Shown: in pieces, positions 27,750-37,628 of the stretch | How the letters are laid out: each line of letters begins with the position of its first letter | Numbering within the stretch: position 1 is the stretch's first letter | Origin: Candidatus Coatesbacteria bacterium | GTDB taxonomy: Bacteria > RBG-13-66-14 > B26-G2 > JAUVZD01 | Length of the DNA stretch: 64,000 nucleotides | Assembly: GCA_030602715.1 (NCBI GenBank) | Contig: JAUVZD010000001.1 | Span: forward strand, 124,403-188,402 | Direction of reading: 5' to 3' | Translations under genes and position numbers: made by a program | Notes under the pieces: model-generated | Databases searched by the model: none | Told to the model about the DNA's origin: nothing | Seen by the model: only the letters and a program-made list of their open reading frames with translations

Positions 27750-27780
27750 AAAGACTCGGGGGCTATTGAAGCCCCCGAAA
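27750..27780 (-). terminator. Intrinsic terminator after the DUF4870 genes
   Basis: TCGGGGGCT-tcaat-AGCCCCCGA-gtcTTTT on the minus strand. Confidence 0.7.
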
Positions 27781-27804
27781 TTTACATGCTGGCTTTAGCT
27801 CTCT

Positions 27805-28239
27805 TTAGACCGGATAGCCTTCCTTGTTGACGAAGCGACCTAAGATGGGCATACGCCAGTATTTTCCGCCTGCCGCCTTGATGATGCCTATTATAGCCAT
27901 TATGCCGAAGAAAATCCAACCAATCCACAAGATTAAGATAAAGATCCAGTAGAGTGCGTACCAGATGCCTCCTGGGCCACCACCCATTAAGGCGCTCTCA
28001 AAAGCAGCTCTCCAAGCCATTGATAAGAAGACACCGCTGAGGATTCCGAAGAGAATCCACCAGGCGACCCACACGATGCAAAGTACCATCCCCTGGCGGG
28101 CGTGGAACTGGCTGAACTTGTTGTCCTTGCTGGCAAACATAGGGACAAGGAATAAGATGCCGAGATATGACAACCAAGCCAGTCCCTTCCCTGCTTCAAT
28201 GTCGGCGTCAGTGCCGGCGGGTTTTTTCTCTTCTTCCAT
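27805..28239 (-). CDS. DUF4870-like membrane protein
   Basis: LAWLSYL, F..FHARQG, GII.A..G.YW.MP.LG. Confidence 0.8.
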   Translation of the reverse strand: MEEEKKPAGTDADIEAGKGLAWLSYLGILFLVPMFASKDNKFSQFHARQGMVLCIVWVAWWILFGILSGVFLSMAWRAAFESALMGGGPGGIWYALYWIFILILWIGWIFFGIMAIIGIIKAAGGKYWRMPILGRFVNKEGYPV

Positions 28240-28255
28240 CTACTCTTCCTCCTTT

Positions 28256-28663
28256 TCAGTTATGTTGCTGTTTGGGGGGAATTCTGAATATCATCTTGTT
28301 TTTAACTATCTCATCAAAAACTTCTCGCTCCCAGCCTATAATCGGCACCCGCCACAGGCGCCCTCTGGCGGCGTTAATTGCGGCGATTATGTTTATAGGC
28401 AGAAAGAGAATCATCAATAAATACGGTGCGTGGAGAATATAGGCATTCCCCATCCCGTAATGACCGACTAGTATGTCCACGAGTATAAATATAAGCACCT
28501 CGGTAACCAATAATGTAACCGCTTGTTCAAAGTGGACTTTTATAAACTCCCTGCGGCGAAGCCCGAGCACCAGCAGACAGAGCGGTCCTAAATAGCATAT
28601 CGCCGAAAAAAACCTCTCATTCGCTCCCAGATTCTCTCGGTCTTTATATCCCTTAAAACCCAT
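28256..28663 (-). CDS. DUF4870-like membrane protein (paralog)
   Basis: SAICYL, F..VH..QA, A.RG..W..P.IG. Confidence 0.65.
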   Translation of the reverse strand: MGFKGYKDRENLGANERFFSAICYLGPLCLLVLGLRRREFIKVHFEQAVTLLVTEVLIFILVDILVGHYGMGNAYILHAPYLLMILFLPINIIAAINAARGRLWRVPIIGWEREVFDEIVKNKMIFRIPPKQQHN

Positions 28664-28672
28664 CTGTTTGCT

Positions 28673-29374
28673 TTATCCCCCGAGATACGTTATTAGCTCC
28701 TCGGCGTCTTCCACAAAAGTCGATTGGGGATATTCTATGGCTATCTGGCTGTAAGTATCCACCGCCTTCTCCGTCTCATCCATTCTAACATAACATTTAG
28801 CCATCTGCATTAGCATTCCGGGAATGAGAGGATGACCGGCGTGCTCCGCACAGGTTTGATTATATATTTCCACCGCCTCTTCCAGCTTCCCCATGGCCCG
28901 ATAACAGTCCGCCTGTCCCCACAATGAGACGATGGTTAAAAGTTCCTTATCGGACCTGTGGTGACATTCCTCAAATCTCTCCAGAGCCTTTTTATATTCT
29001 CCCTCTTCAAAATAAGCTACCCCTAAAAAGTAAAGCGCCATAGCGGGATAGACCGTGCCATTATACTTACCATCAAGTAGAGAATACTTCTTCTCCATCG
29101 CCGAGATGTCCCTCAACTCCACCCCCGCACTACCCTCCGGGGCTTTCCGGGGTTTCATATACTCATCTACAAAGTCGCTGTATTCCAGTGAGGCTTCCAG
29201 TTTTACCTGGTGGCGGTGATAGAAAAACCAGCCCAGAGCGACGCCCACGATTATAACTGATATAACCGATATAATTATGATTTTAGCGTGAGCTTGGATG
29301 AACTCGCCAATACGCTCAACCAATTCAGATAACTTGCTCTCTTCCCTCTTTCTTTTTCCCTTATCCCTGATCAT
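28673..29374 (-). CDS. Membrane-anchored TPR protein (YfgM-like)
   Basis: Basic N-terminus, single TM, TPR helices (ALYFLG..YF..GEY..A). Confidence 0.8.
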   Translation of the reverse strand: MIRDKGKRKREESKLSELVERIGEFIQAHAKIIIISVISVIIVGVALGWFFYHRHQVKLEASLEYSDFVDEYMKPRKAPEGSAGVELRDISAMEKKYSLLDGKYNGTVYPAMALYFLGVAYFEEGEYKKALERFEECHHRSDKELLTIVSLWGQADCYRAMGKLEEAVEIYNQTCAEHAGHPLIPGMLMQMAKCYVRMDETEKAVDTYSQIAIEYPQSTFVEDAEELITYLGG

Positions 29375-29470
29375 AAGCTGGTCTTATTGCCTGCTCCCCG
29401 GTGAGCAATAATGTATTCTATTTTTAATGCCCTTCTTTATGTAAGACCTAAAGCAATATTATGTGCTAAA

Positions 29471-29499
29471 ATGCTACCACAGGGGTGGGATATTGTCAA
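29471..29499 (-). promoter_or_regulatory. Putative sigma70 promoter for the TPR-DUF4870 genes
   Basis: TTGACA-N17-TAGCAT on the minus strand. Confidence 0.55.
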
Positions 29500-29545
29500 G
29501 GAATTATATTTGACAATCTTTCCATTTCCCCAACAAAAAAATATA

Positions 29546-31414
29546 TTATCCTTCTTTAGGCTTACCATGAAGATAGTCGTATATTCTCCTTCCCAGACTC
29601 TTCCCTATTCCCTCCACTGAAGCCAACTCCTTCACGCTTGCCCGCATCAGTTCCTTTCGTCCGGGAAAATTTCTGAGCAGGTTGATGCGCCTTACCTCTC
29701 CGATGCCCGCTATCTCATCCAGAATGGATTGTGCCACCTTGCGACTCTTAATCTGATAACTTCTGGCAAAACGGTGCGCTTCATCCCTCACCCGGGAGAG
29801 CAAGGATAAACCCCTATCCCCTATCTCAATATTCACCACTTCATCTCCGATATAAGCAAAAAACTTATCTCGCTTTCCTTTGGCTAACGAAGCCATGAGG
29901 CAGTCACCGAAATCCACCCCGGCGGAATCTGCCGCCCGCTTAGCCGACCTGAGCTGACCTTTGCCGCCGTCTATTACCAGGAGCTGTGGAGGTTGGTGGC
30001 TTCCCACCCGGAAGCGCCGGGAGACCACCTCGGCTATCATGGCGTAGTCGTCCCGTTTTCTCTCTGTCTGGATTTTATAACGACGATAGAGTTTCTTGTA
30101 GGGCTTCCCCAGGCGGAAGTGGACCACCGAACCCACCGAACCAACCCCGCCCAGAGTGGAGATGTCTATGCCCTCAATATCCGCCACAGTCTCATCCAGG
30201 GAGAGCGCCTGCTGTATCTCCACGAGCGCTGTGTCGGCGCCCTGCTCCTGCTCACGCTTCATCTCCTCGGCGAGGACCAGTTCAGCGTTGCGCTCGGCAA
30301 GAGCCACCAGACGTCTTTTGCGCCCCCTCTGGGGTCGTTTGAGCAGGACTTTGCGACCAGCCCTTCGGGAGATGTGGCTCTGCAGGGCTTGGTGATACTC
30401 TATCTCCTGGGGGAGGTTTATGACCCGGGGGTATCTCGCCGGGCGGGAATATCTTTCCATCATAAAATGGGAGAGGAGCTCGTCCGGGGAGATTTCGCCT
30501 TCAGCGGATAGAAAATAGCTTTCCCGGTCAATCATCTTCCCCGCCACCATACTGAGCAGAACCACCACCGCATTTTGACCCTTGATGGCACAGCCCAGGA
30601 AATCCTCAAAACCGGTGCCGAACTCAGCCATCTGTTCCTCCAGGATGCGTTCCAATGAGGTGATGGTGTCCCGGATACGAGCAGCGGATTCAAAGTCCTG
30701 GTCGGCGCTGGTCCGCTTCATCTTCTGCTTGAGTTGTTGCAAAAACCTCTTCCCCCCACCCTCCAGGAATTGCCGCAATTTTCTCACATTGCCGGCATAC
30801 TCTTCCTCGTTTATCCCCCCCTGGCAGGGAGCCATACAGCGATTGATGTGAAAGTTCAGGCAGGGACCCCTCTTTCTTCCTTTGCCGAACCGTTGACGGC
30901 AGGTGCGGATTTTAAAAATTCCCCGAAGCAGATGGAGGGTGCCTCGCAAAGCATCGGCGTCAACATACGGACCTAGATATACGCTTCCATCGGAGACCAG
31001 CTTTCTGGTGAGATATATGCGGGGGAAACTGTCGGAGGTTATCTTGACGAAGGGGTATTTTTTGTCGTCTCGCAGGTTTATGTTATAGCGGGGGCGGTGT
31101 TCCTTGATGAAGTTGTTCTCCAGCACCAGTGCTTCGGCGTCGCTGTTGGTGACGATGAATTCCACATACGCCGTCCGCGCCAGCACCACCCTGGTCTTAA
31201 CATCCTTTCCCCCTCTGCGGTAGGAGGCGATGCGCTTGCGCAGTGACTTTGCCTTGCCTATGTACAGGGGTTTTTGGTCTCTATCCCGCATAATATATAC
31301 CCCGGGCGCATCGGGGATATCAAAGAAGGCGGAATCTCCGGCTCCAATCTGTAAAACCCCGGAGGACTGCCCCGGGTAACGCTTAAAGAATATCCTGCCC
31401 TCCCTATCTTCCAT
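29546..31414 (-). CDS. uvrC: Excinuclease ABC subunit C
   Basis: GIY-YIG (PGVY..LYIGKAKSL), PRYN..L.DDK.YP, UVR domain, DIS/DDY/DGGKGQ, RDEAHRFA, HhH. Confidence 0.96.
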   Translation of the reverse strand: MEDREGRIFFKRYPGQSSGVLQIGAGDSAFFDIPDAPGVYIMRDRDQKPLYIGKAKSLRKRIASYRRGGKDVKTRVVLARTAYVEFIVTNSDAEALVLENNFIKEHRPRYNINLRDDKKYPFVKITSDSFPRIYLTRKLVSDGSVYLGPYVDADALRGTLHLLRGIFKIRTCRQRFGKGRKRGPCLNFHINRCMAPCQGGINEEEYAGNVRKLRQFLEGGGKRFLQQLKQKMKRTSADQDFESAARIRDTITSLERILEEQMAEFGTGFEDFLGCAIKGQNAVVVLLSMVAGKMIDRESYFLSAEGEISPDELLSHFMMERYSRPARYPRVINLPQEIEYHQALQSHISRRAGRKVLLKRPQRGRKRRLVALAERNAELVLAEEMKREQEQGADTALVEIQQALSLDETVADIEGIDISTLGGVGSVGSVVHFRLGKPYKKLYRRYKIQTERKRDDYAMIAEVVSRRFRVGSHQPPQLLVIDGGKGQLRSAKRAADSAGVDFGDCLMASLAKGKRDKFFAYIGDEVVNIEIGDRGLSLLSRVRDEAHRFARSYQIKSRKVAQSILDEIAGIGEVRRINLLRNFPGRKELMRASVKELASVEGIGKSLGRRIYDYLHGKPKEG

Positions 31415-31416
31415 AA

Positions 31417-32508
31417 TTATTCTTCAAGAAAGACGGTCCTCAACCAGTTGATAGCCCCCGTCGGGCTTTCTTGCAGTAACTGTTGGTCGGCACCGGTTAT
31501 TCCCCTCTCAACTCTATCAACTATTCTGGATAGCCCCGGAGAAAATTCGCTATTTTGAACATTTTCAATGAGTTCCACAATGCGTTTTTTGGCTGAGACT
31601 CCCTTTCCCTCAATGGTGAAGATTGCATCCAGTCCGTATCTTTTTGCCTCCTCTCGGTTGGCAACCGCTTCCTCTTCTGTTGGTAGGGAGATGGGAATGT
31701 CAGCACCAGAAGTGATCGAGCCATCCACCCAGATAAGGATGGAAAGTATCAGTGAGGCGACAGCCAAGGTAGCCGGAAGGTCGGCTTGAGTATCCATCAC
31801 CCTAAACTCAAGGGTGCGCATACCTTTACGATGGCGGACATCCCAATATATGTCCCGCTCCTCCTTTATACCCAGGTGAGCCATCTTTTTGATATATCGC
31901 TCAAGGTCGGTCCATCTTTCCAGGGCAGGGGGAATCCCTACCGTGGGGGTGGGATCGTAGCGGTGCAGGCGGGAGGATTTGTATCCGCTGAAAGCCCCCT
32001 CGTGGAAAGGCGAGTTGACGCTCACCGCCACCACCTCGGGGATGAAAAGCCGAACCAGGTTGACCAGCTTTACCCGTAGTTGATCGTTGGAAACCTGGTA
32101 GTGTACATGCATCCCGAAGTGCACCCCCTCAGCCAGAAGAGCCCCCCCGGAGATCAACCGTCGGTAGCGGGGATTCTCCACCAGGACCGCTTCCTGCCAG
32201 GGGGAGATGGGATGGGTTCCGGATGAGATAAGCCCTAGTCCCAATTTCCCCGCAGAACGGTAAGCGGTGCGGCGCAACTCCCGGAGTTCGTCGTGCATCT
32301 GCTGGTATCTGGTGCATATTGCCGTGCTTACCTCCAGAATGCACTCGTGCAGGTCGGGCTTCATTCTACCGTCGCGCAGAGGGAGGGGTAAAGTTTGCAG
32401 GACATCGTTTATGGAGTTGTCCATCCTTCCGTCAGGCAGGGTAATGAGACAGAACTCCTCTTCAATGCCGAATTTCATGGGGGGTGGGGTTTGGTTTATG
32501 CTTGACAT
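31417..32508 (-). CDS. YbdK/GCS2 family carboxylate-amine ligase (glutamate-cysteine ligase-like)
   Basis: GIEEE, E.ST, GTHP, GMHVH, NSPF, YWDVR, TLEFRVMD. Confidence 0.88.
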   Translation of the reverse strand: MSSINQTPPPMKFGIEEEFCLITLPDGRMDNSINDVLQTLPLPLRDGRMKPDLHECILEVSTAICTRYQQMHDELRELRRTAYRSAGKLGLGLISSGTHPISPWQEAVLVENPRYRRLISGGALLAEGVHFGMHVHYQVSNDQLRVKLVNLVRLFIPEVVAVSVNSPFHEGAFSGYKSSRLHRYDPTPTVGIPPALERWTDLERYIKKMAHLGIKEERDIYWDVRHRKGMRTLEFRVMDTQADLPATLAVASLILSILIWVDGSITSGADIPISLPTEEEAVANREEAKRYGLDAIFTIEGKGVSAKKRIVELIENVQNSEFSPGLSRIVDRVERGITGADQQLLQESPTGAINWLRTVFLEE

Positions 32509-32530
32509 TTTAGTTAGATTTTGTTAGCAT
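32502..32530 (+). promoter_or_regulatory. Putative rpsT promoter
   Basis: TTGACA-N17-TAGCAT. Confidence 0.6.
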
Positions 32531-32568
32531 CCCATCCAATAAAAAACTAAAACTCAGGAGGAGAGAAC

Positions 32569-32844
32569 TTGCCTATTCTGAAATCTTCCAAGAAGAGGAT
32601 GCGCACCTCTGAGAAGCGGCGTCTGCAAAACCAGATGGTTCGCTCTCGGGTCAAGACATATTTAAAGAAAGCTCGCATCGCCGTTGATTCCGGTGACGAG
32701 AAATCTGCAACAGAAGCACTGCAGGAGGCGTATTCCGCACTGGACGCCGCCGCCCGTAAGGGGGTTATCCATCGCAAAACCGCCGCCCGCAAGAAATCAC
32801 GGCTGGCGCGTCATTTCAACCGTCGTCTGTCCTCCAGAGAGTAG
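32569..32844 (+). CDS. rpsT: 30S ribosomal protein S20
   Basis: KS.KKR, N...RS.VKT, D.AA.KGVIH..TAARKKSRL; TTG start with GGAGGAG RBS. Confidence 0.96.
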   Translation: MPILKSSKKRMRTSEKRRLQNQMVRSRVKTYLKKARIAVDSGDEKSATEALQEAYSALDAAARKGVIHRKTAARKKSRLARHFNRRLSSRE

Positions 32845-32867
32845 AGAAGAGAGAGAATGTCCTTGGC

Positions 32868-32894
32868 AAGCCCAGCTTCAAGCTGGGTTTTTTT
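32868..32894 (+). terminator. Intrinsic terminator after rpsT
   Basis: AAGCCCAGCT-tca-AGCTGGGTT followed by a T-run. Confidence 0.85.
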
Positions 32895-33843
32895 ATCTCC
32901 AAACATATTGAATCGTGGGGTTGTCGTCAAAGATGCGGATGCTATCCTTACCGAATATGCCCTCAAGTATGCTTTTGGGTTCCTCAAACCGTATCACACT
33001 GGGCTCCCCTTTTATGCCTATTTCATCCGCCACCGCCCAGATGACATCCTCCAGAGTTCCCAGTTCGTCTACCAATCCGTAATCCAGCGCCTGCCTGCCG
33101 GAGAAGACCCGTCCGTCAGCAAGCTCGTAGACCTTTTCAGTGACCAGAGCCTTCTTATTCTCCGCATCCTTTGGGAGAGAGAGTATTTCACCTATCGCCT
33201 CCAACCGTCCATCAACTACCGCCTCCACAAACTGGTCAAAGACATCGTCTATCATATCCTGCAGGATAGTCTTCTCCTCCTCGGTCATCTCCCGAAATGA
33301 GGAGCCGATGTCCTTATACTCTCCTGTCTTTATCACCGTGAAGCGAAGTCCGATTTTGGAGAATAGTTCCTCCATATTCGGGAAGTTTAGGATAACCCCG
33401 ATACTGCCGGTAATCGTGCCCGGATTGGCGTAGATTTTTTCACAAGCGGAAGCGATGTAGTAACCACCGGAGGCAGCAATTCCACCCAGGGAGGCAAAGA
33501 CGGGCAGGTCATATTCCTCCCGGGTGCGCAGTATCTCCTGATATATCTCCTGGGAAGCGCCTACGGTTCCGCCGGGACTTTCAATGTGCAAGATTATCGC
33601 CCCCACGCTTCCATTTTTACGATGGCGTTTGAGCTGGCTGATTATGTCATCGGATTCATACAAGGTTCCTATTACATCAATGACCGCAATTTTCTTAGCC
33701 GAGACAAAGGGAATGTAGACCCCCTCTCCAATTCCGAAGAACCCCAGTGCCAGTAGCACCAGGATAGTTCCCACAGCTATCATCACGCATACCACTGAGA
33801 TGATTAATATCGGCAGTATGCCGGTCTTTTTCCTCTGGCTCAT
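32893..33843 (-). CDS. sppA: Signal peptide peptidase SppA (36K type)
   Basis: SPGG, AASGGYYIA, TGSIGV, G.YKD, ADGRVFSG.QA...GLVDELG. Confidence 0.93.
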   Translation of the reverse strand: MSQRKKTGILPILIISVVCVMIAVGTILVLLALGFFGIGEGVYIPFVSAKKIAVIDVIGTLYESDDIISQLKRHRKNGSVGAIILHIESPGGTVGASQEIYQEILRTREEYDLPVFASLGGIAASGGYYIASACEKIYANPGTITGSIGVILNFPNMEELFSKIGLRFTVIKTGEYKDIGSSFREMTEEEKTILQDMIDDVFDQFVEAVVDGRLEAIGEILSLPKDAENKKALVTEKVYELADGRVFSGRQALDYGLVDELGTLEDVIWAVADEIGIKGEPSVIRFEEPKSILEGIFGKDSIRIFDDNPTIQYVWR

Positions 33844-34331
33844 ATCTCTCCTTCCACCTCTAATCTTTTGTGAATCTCCCGGTTAAAAGTCTTGAATACC
33901 AATTCATAGTATGGCGCCTTTTGAATATCAAATACGAGGATGCCCTCCATGTTCTCGCCGGCGTGCAGGTCCATAGTCCCCAAAAAATCATTCTGGGCGG
34001 AGCTTACCTCCTCATTACATAAAAATATCCGTTCGTCTTCTGTGTGGATGCTGAAATACTCGGGCTCAATGTGGATACTGTGTGAGCTCTTGTTCTTAAT
34101 AACCGTCCGGCAAACGAGATAGGCAAAGCCTGCAGAGGGTTTATAATCTAATCCCTTGCCGGCGGGAAGGCTTTTATAGATCTTTGCCTTGCTGACGGCG
34201 ACACCCAGATAACGATTGTACTCCATCTCGGTCATCTTCTTGCTTTCGCAAGAGAAGGCGAGGGTTGAAGTTGTCAGGATGATTATAACCATCCTACAAA
34301 TGGAGATATTTATCCTCCTTCCCTCATCCAC
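33840..34331 (-). CDS. DUF4352-like putative lipoprotein
   Basis: LAFSC lipobox; Ig-like V..N, F.I, L..GE..G..VF pattern; start uncertain (GTG 34331 or ATG 34292). Confidence 0.6.
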   Translation of the reverse strand: MDEGRRINISICRMVIIILTTSTLAFSCESKKMTEMEYNRYLGVAVSKAKIYKSLPAGKGLDYKPSAGFAYLVCRTVIKNKSSHSIHIEPEYFSIHTEDERIFLCNEEVSSAQNDFLGTMDLHAGENMEGILVFDIQKAPYYELVFKTFNREIHKRLEVEGEI

Positions 34332-34344
34332 CTTCCAGCGCCGG

Positions 34345-35097
34345 TCAATATCCCCGTATCTCCTGTAATCTGTCTCTGGCATAATCAGCCCACTTGGCGT
34401 TGGTTTCCCGTATATAAGCTTCCTTCCAGGCATGAATGGCACCTGCAATGTCCCCGCTTCGCTCGCAGATAATCGCCTTTGCCCTCCAGGCGGAGGTGTA
34501 ATCCGGGTCTATTTTAATAAGTGTAGAGAGTTTTTCCAACGCCTCTTCTTCCTTTCCCTGCGAGTATAATACCATAGCAACATTGAACAACGCTACCTTG
34601 TGCTGGGGGTCTATCTGGAGAGCCCTCTGGTATTGTTCCTTGGACGCCTCCAGGTAGTCCATCTTCTGGTATAAGACTCCCAGGTTTATGCGGGCGGGAA
34701 GGAAATCCCTTTCCACCTGTAAACAGTTGAGATACTCGCTTATAGCTTCGTTCAAATCTCCGCTATATCGTCCCCCATCCCCCATTTCCCATATCACCGC
34801 AAGGTTGTAATGGACGATTGCCTTGCGCCCAAAATGGAGATTGACCTCATTGAGCTCCTGGCGAGCCCTCTCAAAGTCACCCAGGCGAGCGAGGTCAACT
34901 GCACCATCCAGCCTCTCCTCAAAGATCAGCTCCTTGAGCTCACCTTCTTCAACGCCTGGAGTGATAGGTTCCCCATCCTCCTCGAGGGATGGGGGTTGAG
35001 TCGCCAATACCTGCTCCTGGCTGAGTGAGGGCTGGGGAAAAATTAAAGGGATGCTTAGAAGCGCTAAGCATCCCCATATCTTTACTCGTTCTATCAT
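34345..35097 (-). CDS. Exported TPR protein
   Basis: Signal peptide, repeated NLA/NLG TPR helices with DP turns. Confidence 0.85.
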   Translation of the reverse strand: MIERVKIWGCLALLSIPLIFPQPSLSQEQVLATQPPSLEEDGEPITPGVEEGELKELIFEERLDGAVDLARLGDFERARQELNEVNLHFGRKAIVHYNLAVIWEMGDGGRYSGDLNEAISEYLNCLQVERDFLPARINLGVLYQKMDYLEASKEQYQRALQIDPQHKVALFNVAMVLYSQGKEEEALEKLSTLIKIDPDYTSAWRAKAIICERSGDIAGAIHAWKEAYIRETNAKWADYARDRLQEIRGY

Positions 35098-35555
35098 TCG
35101 GTCAATCCCAGGAGGCTGTCAATACTACTTGAAATTGAGTATTCCCCTTTTCCGCCTTTTTCACTGCTTTTGACCACACTGCCGTCGCCGTCAAGCCAGG
35201 TCAGGCTCACTGTATAAGTGCTTCCGGATTTGGAGATTGAGCCGTAGATTATATTTACGGTATTTGGAAGCTTCTGACCCATCTTCAGCGCATCCTCATG
35301 ACTCACCTTTTCACCCAGGGATACATCCGCCCACTCCATCACCTTCTTGATATAGGGAATGGGCCAGAGTTTGTATCCCATATAGAGCATAGCGGTGCGC
35401 AGGTAGCTGGTAGATACCTCACTCAGGTTTATCTTATCCTTTCCGGCATAAAGATAGAAGATGGCGGTATCTGCGTCAACATCGGTTTCCTGGGCAAATA
35501 CGGCAAGGGGCAGAACGCTTATCACCAGAAGGAAGAGTAAAGATGTTTTTGCCAT
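35094..35555 (-). CDS. Exported protein, CsgG/TolB-N-terminal-like alpha/beta fold
   Basis: Signal peptide (AVFA/QE); A..MG..L...II.GSI.K.G..Y.V.L..LD pattern. Confidence 0.5.
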   Translation of the reverse strand: MAKTSLLFLLVISVLPLAVFAQETDVDADTAIFYLYAGKDKINLSEVSTSYLRTAMLYMGYKLWPIPYIKKVMEWADVSLGEKVSHEDALKMGQKLPNTVNIIYGSISKSGSTYTVSLTWLDGDGSVVKSSEKGGKGEYSISSSIDSLLGLTE

Positions 35556-35571
35556 ACGACCCCCTTTTCGG

Positions 35572-36114
35572 CTACCGCGAGATAAACTCGTGATAGGTTT
35601 TTATTCTGTTTTGCATATTTTTCAGATTGTTGAGAATCAAACTGCTGTCAGTTTTCTGAATCCCCTTAATATAAAGTAGTAAGCGGTCATCCAAATCCTC
35701 ATTAGAGTGGGCGAACTGGGATAGGGTTACCTCGTGGCGGAACATTCTGCGGATACTTCGGGAGTATGAATACATGGTCTCCACTAAATCAACATAAGCC
35801 CTCTCCTCAACACTTATATCAGGGGGAAGGGAGACATTGCTCCCACCCAACGACAGGCGGGCATAGAAGCGGGCGTTCTCCAGGGTCAATACCAGCATCT
35901 CTATCTCTTTATAAAGTTTGCCCTGGTTTTCGGAGACCTCCTTGGGGAAGATGGCTACGATACGGTCCAGGAGTTTGCAGGCGTGCTCAAAATGGGCGTC
36001 CCGCTCTAAGATAAAGAGTTCCCGGTTCCTGAGAATCTTGGAGCTTTCTTCATGACCGGAATCTTTGGTTTTGCGAGCAGGTGGTTTAGAGCGTTTCTTG
36101 ATACTCTGGCTCAT
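35572..36114 (-). CDS. Hypothetical helical protein
   Basis: 180-aa ORF tightly packed in the operon; no motif recognised. Confidence 0.65.
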   Translation of the reverse strand: MSQSIKKRSKPPARKTKDSGHEESSKILRNRELFILERDAHFEHACKLLDRIVAIFPKEVSENQGKLYKEIEMLVLTLENARFYARLSLGGSNVSLPPDISVEERAYVDLVETMYSYSRSIRRMFRHEVTLSQFAHSNEDLDDRLLLYIKGIQKTDSSLILNNLKNMQNRIKTYHEFISR

Positions 36115-37501
36115 AGTTGGTGATGATGGTTCCGGCGATAAAATCGCCTATTCTGCGTCCGTTCTTGGAGAAGAATATTATCAGGATATCTAGCAGTGTT
36201 AAAGGGGGCACCAGGAAGAAGATGTTGCGTATGAAGGAACGGAGTACTCCACAGGAACGACCATTTTTTCTGGAGACATAGATACCGCTTATCTTCTTCC
36301 CCAAGGAACCGTTTCGGGTGAACCCATCACGGAACAAGAAGTAAAATAGGAATATCCCCCCACATATTGAAGCCAGAAGTATTTGGTCCTGATATTGTGT
36401 CTGCGATGGATAGAAGGGATGATAGTTTAGGGCGGAAAGCACCAGTAAGACGACCATGAATGTGCCGGCGATGATTAATGTATCCACAAAGATAGCGAAA
36501 AGACGACGGAGTTTGGTGAGTTGGTTATAAACTCCCACCTTTGCATCAATGGTATCCTCGTCAATCATAGCTGTAGGGATCAGGAAGGCTTTGGAGGGTT
36601 TAACGCCGGAGACATCAATCTTATGAGTCTCTTCCTTACTCAACCAAGCCGGCTTTTTTGCTTTGGCTTCCGCCTCTGCCTCCAACTCCTCGGTGCCCGC
36701 CTCCTCCGGAGGGGCGGTCTCCACGGCTGTGATGGGAGGAGTGAGGTCGGATTCGGAGGTTCTCTCCCCCACTTCCAAACCCTCTATGTCTTCAGTCTCC
36801 TCGAGAGTCAGGTCCAGAGGCGGGACGGCAGGCGGAAGGATATCCGCCTCGGTGGTTGGGGGAGTGGAGGACGGTTCAACAACCGTGGCTGGTGGAGGAA
36901 ATTCTTCCACGGGGGGAGCTGGGATAGAAGGTTTCTCGGCATCAGGCGGTGTTGGTGGTCGCAATTGCTCAAAGAGCTTGCTAATCTCAGCGGAAGCTTC
37001 AATCAATCTCCATTCACTACCGTCATAAAAATATGTCTTTGGGGAGATCTCGCCCCTTGCCGCCAGCTGTTCCAGCTCCTCCCAGCTCAGCGGTCCTTTA
37101 GCTTCACCCCGAATGCTGACGAAATACTTTTCAGCAATCGGTATTTTAGCGAATATGTCCCTCAGAACGGAAATCTGCTCCGCCCTATCCCAGGCGTTGC
37201 TGGTCATATTCCAGACCATATCATCGGGGGATAATTTTCCCTTGCCGGCTAGGTCCTGCAATTCGTCTAACGAAAGCGGACCGAGAACTCTACCGTCTAT
37301 GTTGAGAATATACCCCGCTTTCTTCTTGTCAACGAATGAGCTCTGGAAGAGGGGAAATTCTTCCAGCTTGACCCACCGATTACTGTCCTCATCCCAGACC
37401 AGGTCCTCTCCCTTAACCCTGCCCTGGGAGATGAACTGAGCAACTTGCTCCTCGGTATAAGGTCCGTAGCGTTTGGAACCGATGGTTAAGTAATGGCGCA
37501 T
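36086..37501 (-). CDS. GYF_2 (DUF4339) x3 + Pro/Glu linker + RDD domain membrane protein
   Basis: Three Y....G...GP....L...G.....VW....W repeats; RR..A..VD, SLGK, RN, RR.GD..AGT RDD motifs. Confidence 0.85.
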   Translation of the reverse strand: MRHYLTIGSKRYGPYTEEQVAQFISQGRVKGEDLVWDEDSNRWVKLEEFPLFQSSFVDKKKAGYILNIDGRVLGPLSLDELQDLAGKGKLSPDDMVWNMTSNAWDRAEQISVLRDIFAKIPIAEKYFVSIRGEAKGPLSWEELEQLAARGEISPKTYFYDGSEWRLIEASAEISKLFEQLRPPTPPDAEKPSIPAPPVEEFPPPATVVEPSSTPPTTEADILPPAVPPLDLTLEETEDIEGLEVGERTSESDLTPPITAVETAPPEEAGTEELEAEAEAKAKKPAWLSKEETHKIDVSGVKPSKAFLIPTAMIDEDTIDAKVGVYNQLTKLRRLFAIFVDTLIIAGTFMVVLLVLSALNYHPFYPSQTQYQDQILLASICGGIFLFYFLFRDGFTRNGSLGKKISGIYVSRKNGRSCGVLRSFIRNIFFLVPPLTLLDILIIFFSKNGRRIGDFIAGTIITNYEPEYQETL

Positions 37502-37628
37502 ATTTTCCTCTCTTGTAATACAATCAGGCTTGGAATAAACGTCTATTCTAGTTAATATATTTTACCACATTTTGGTAAAAAAATTCAAGTAATTCTTTGA
37601 ATAATGGGCTCACTCTCCGTTTGTTTAG

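Noticed and set aside
33840-34448. Long overlap of the 202-aa ORF with the TPR gene
   Set aside because: Artefact of longest-ORF calling; a start after the TPR stop gives a sensible lipoprotein signal.
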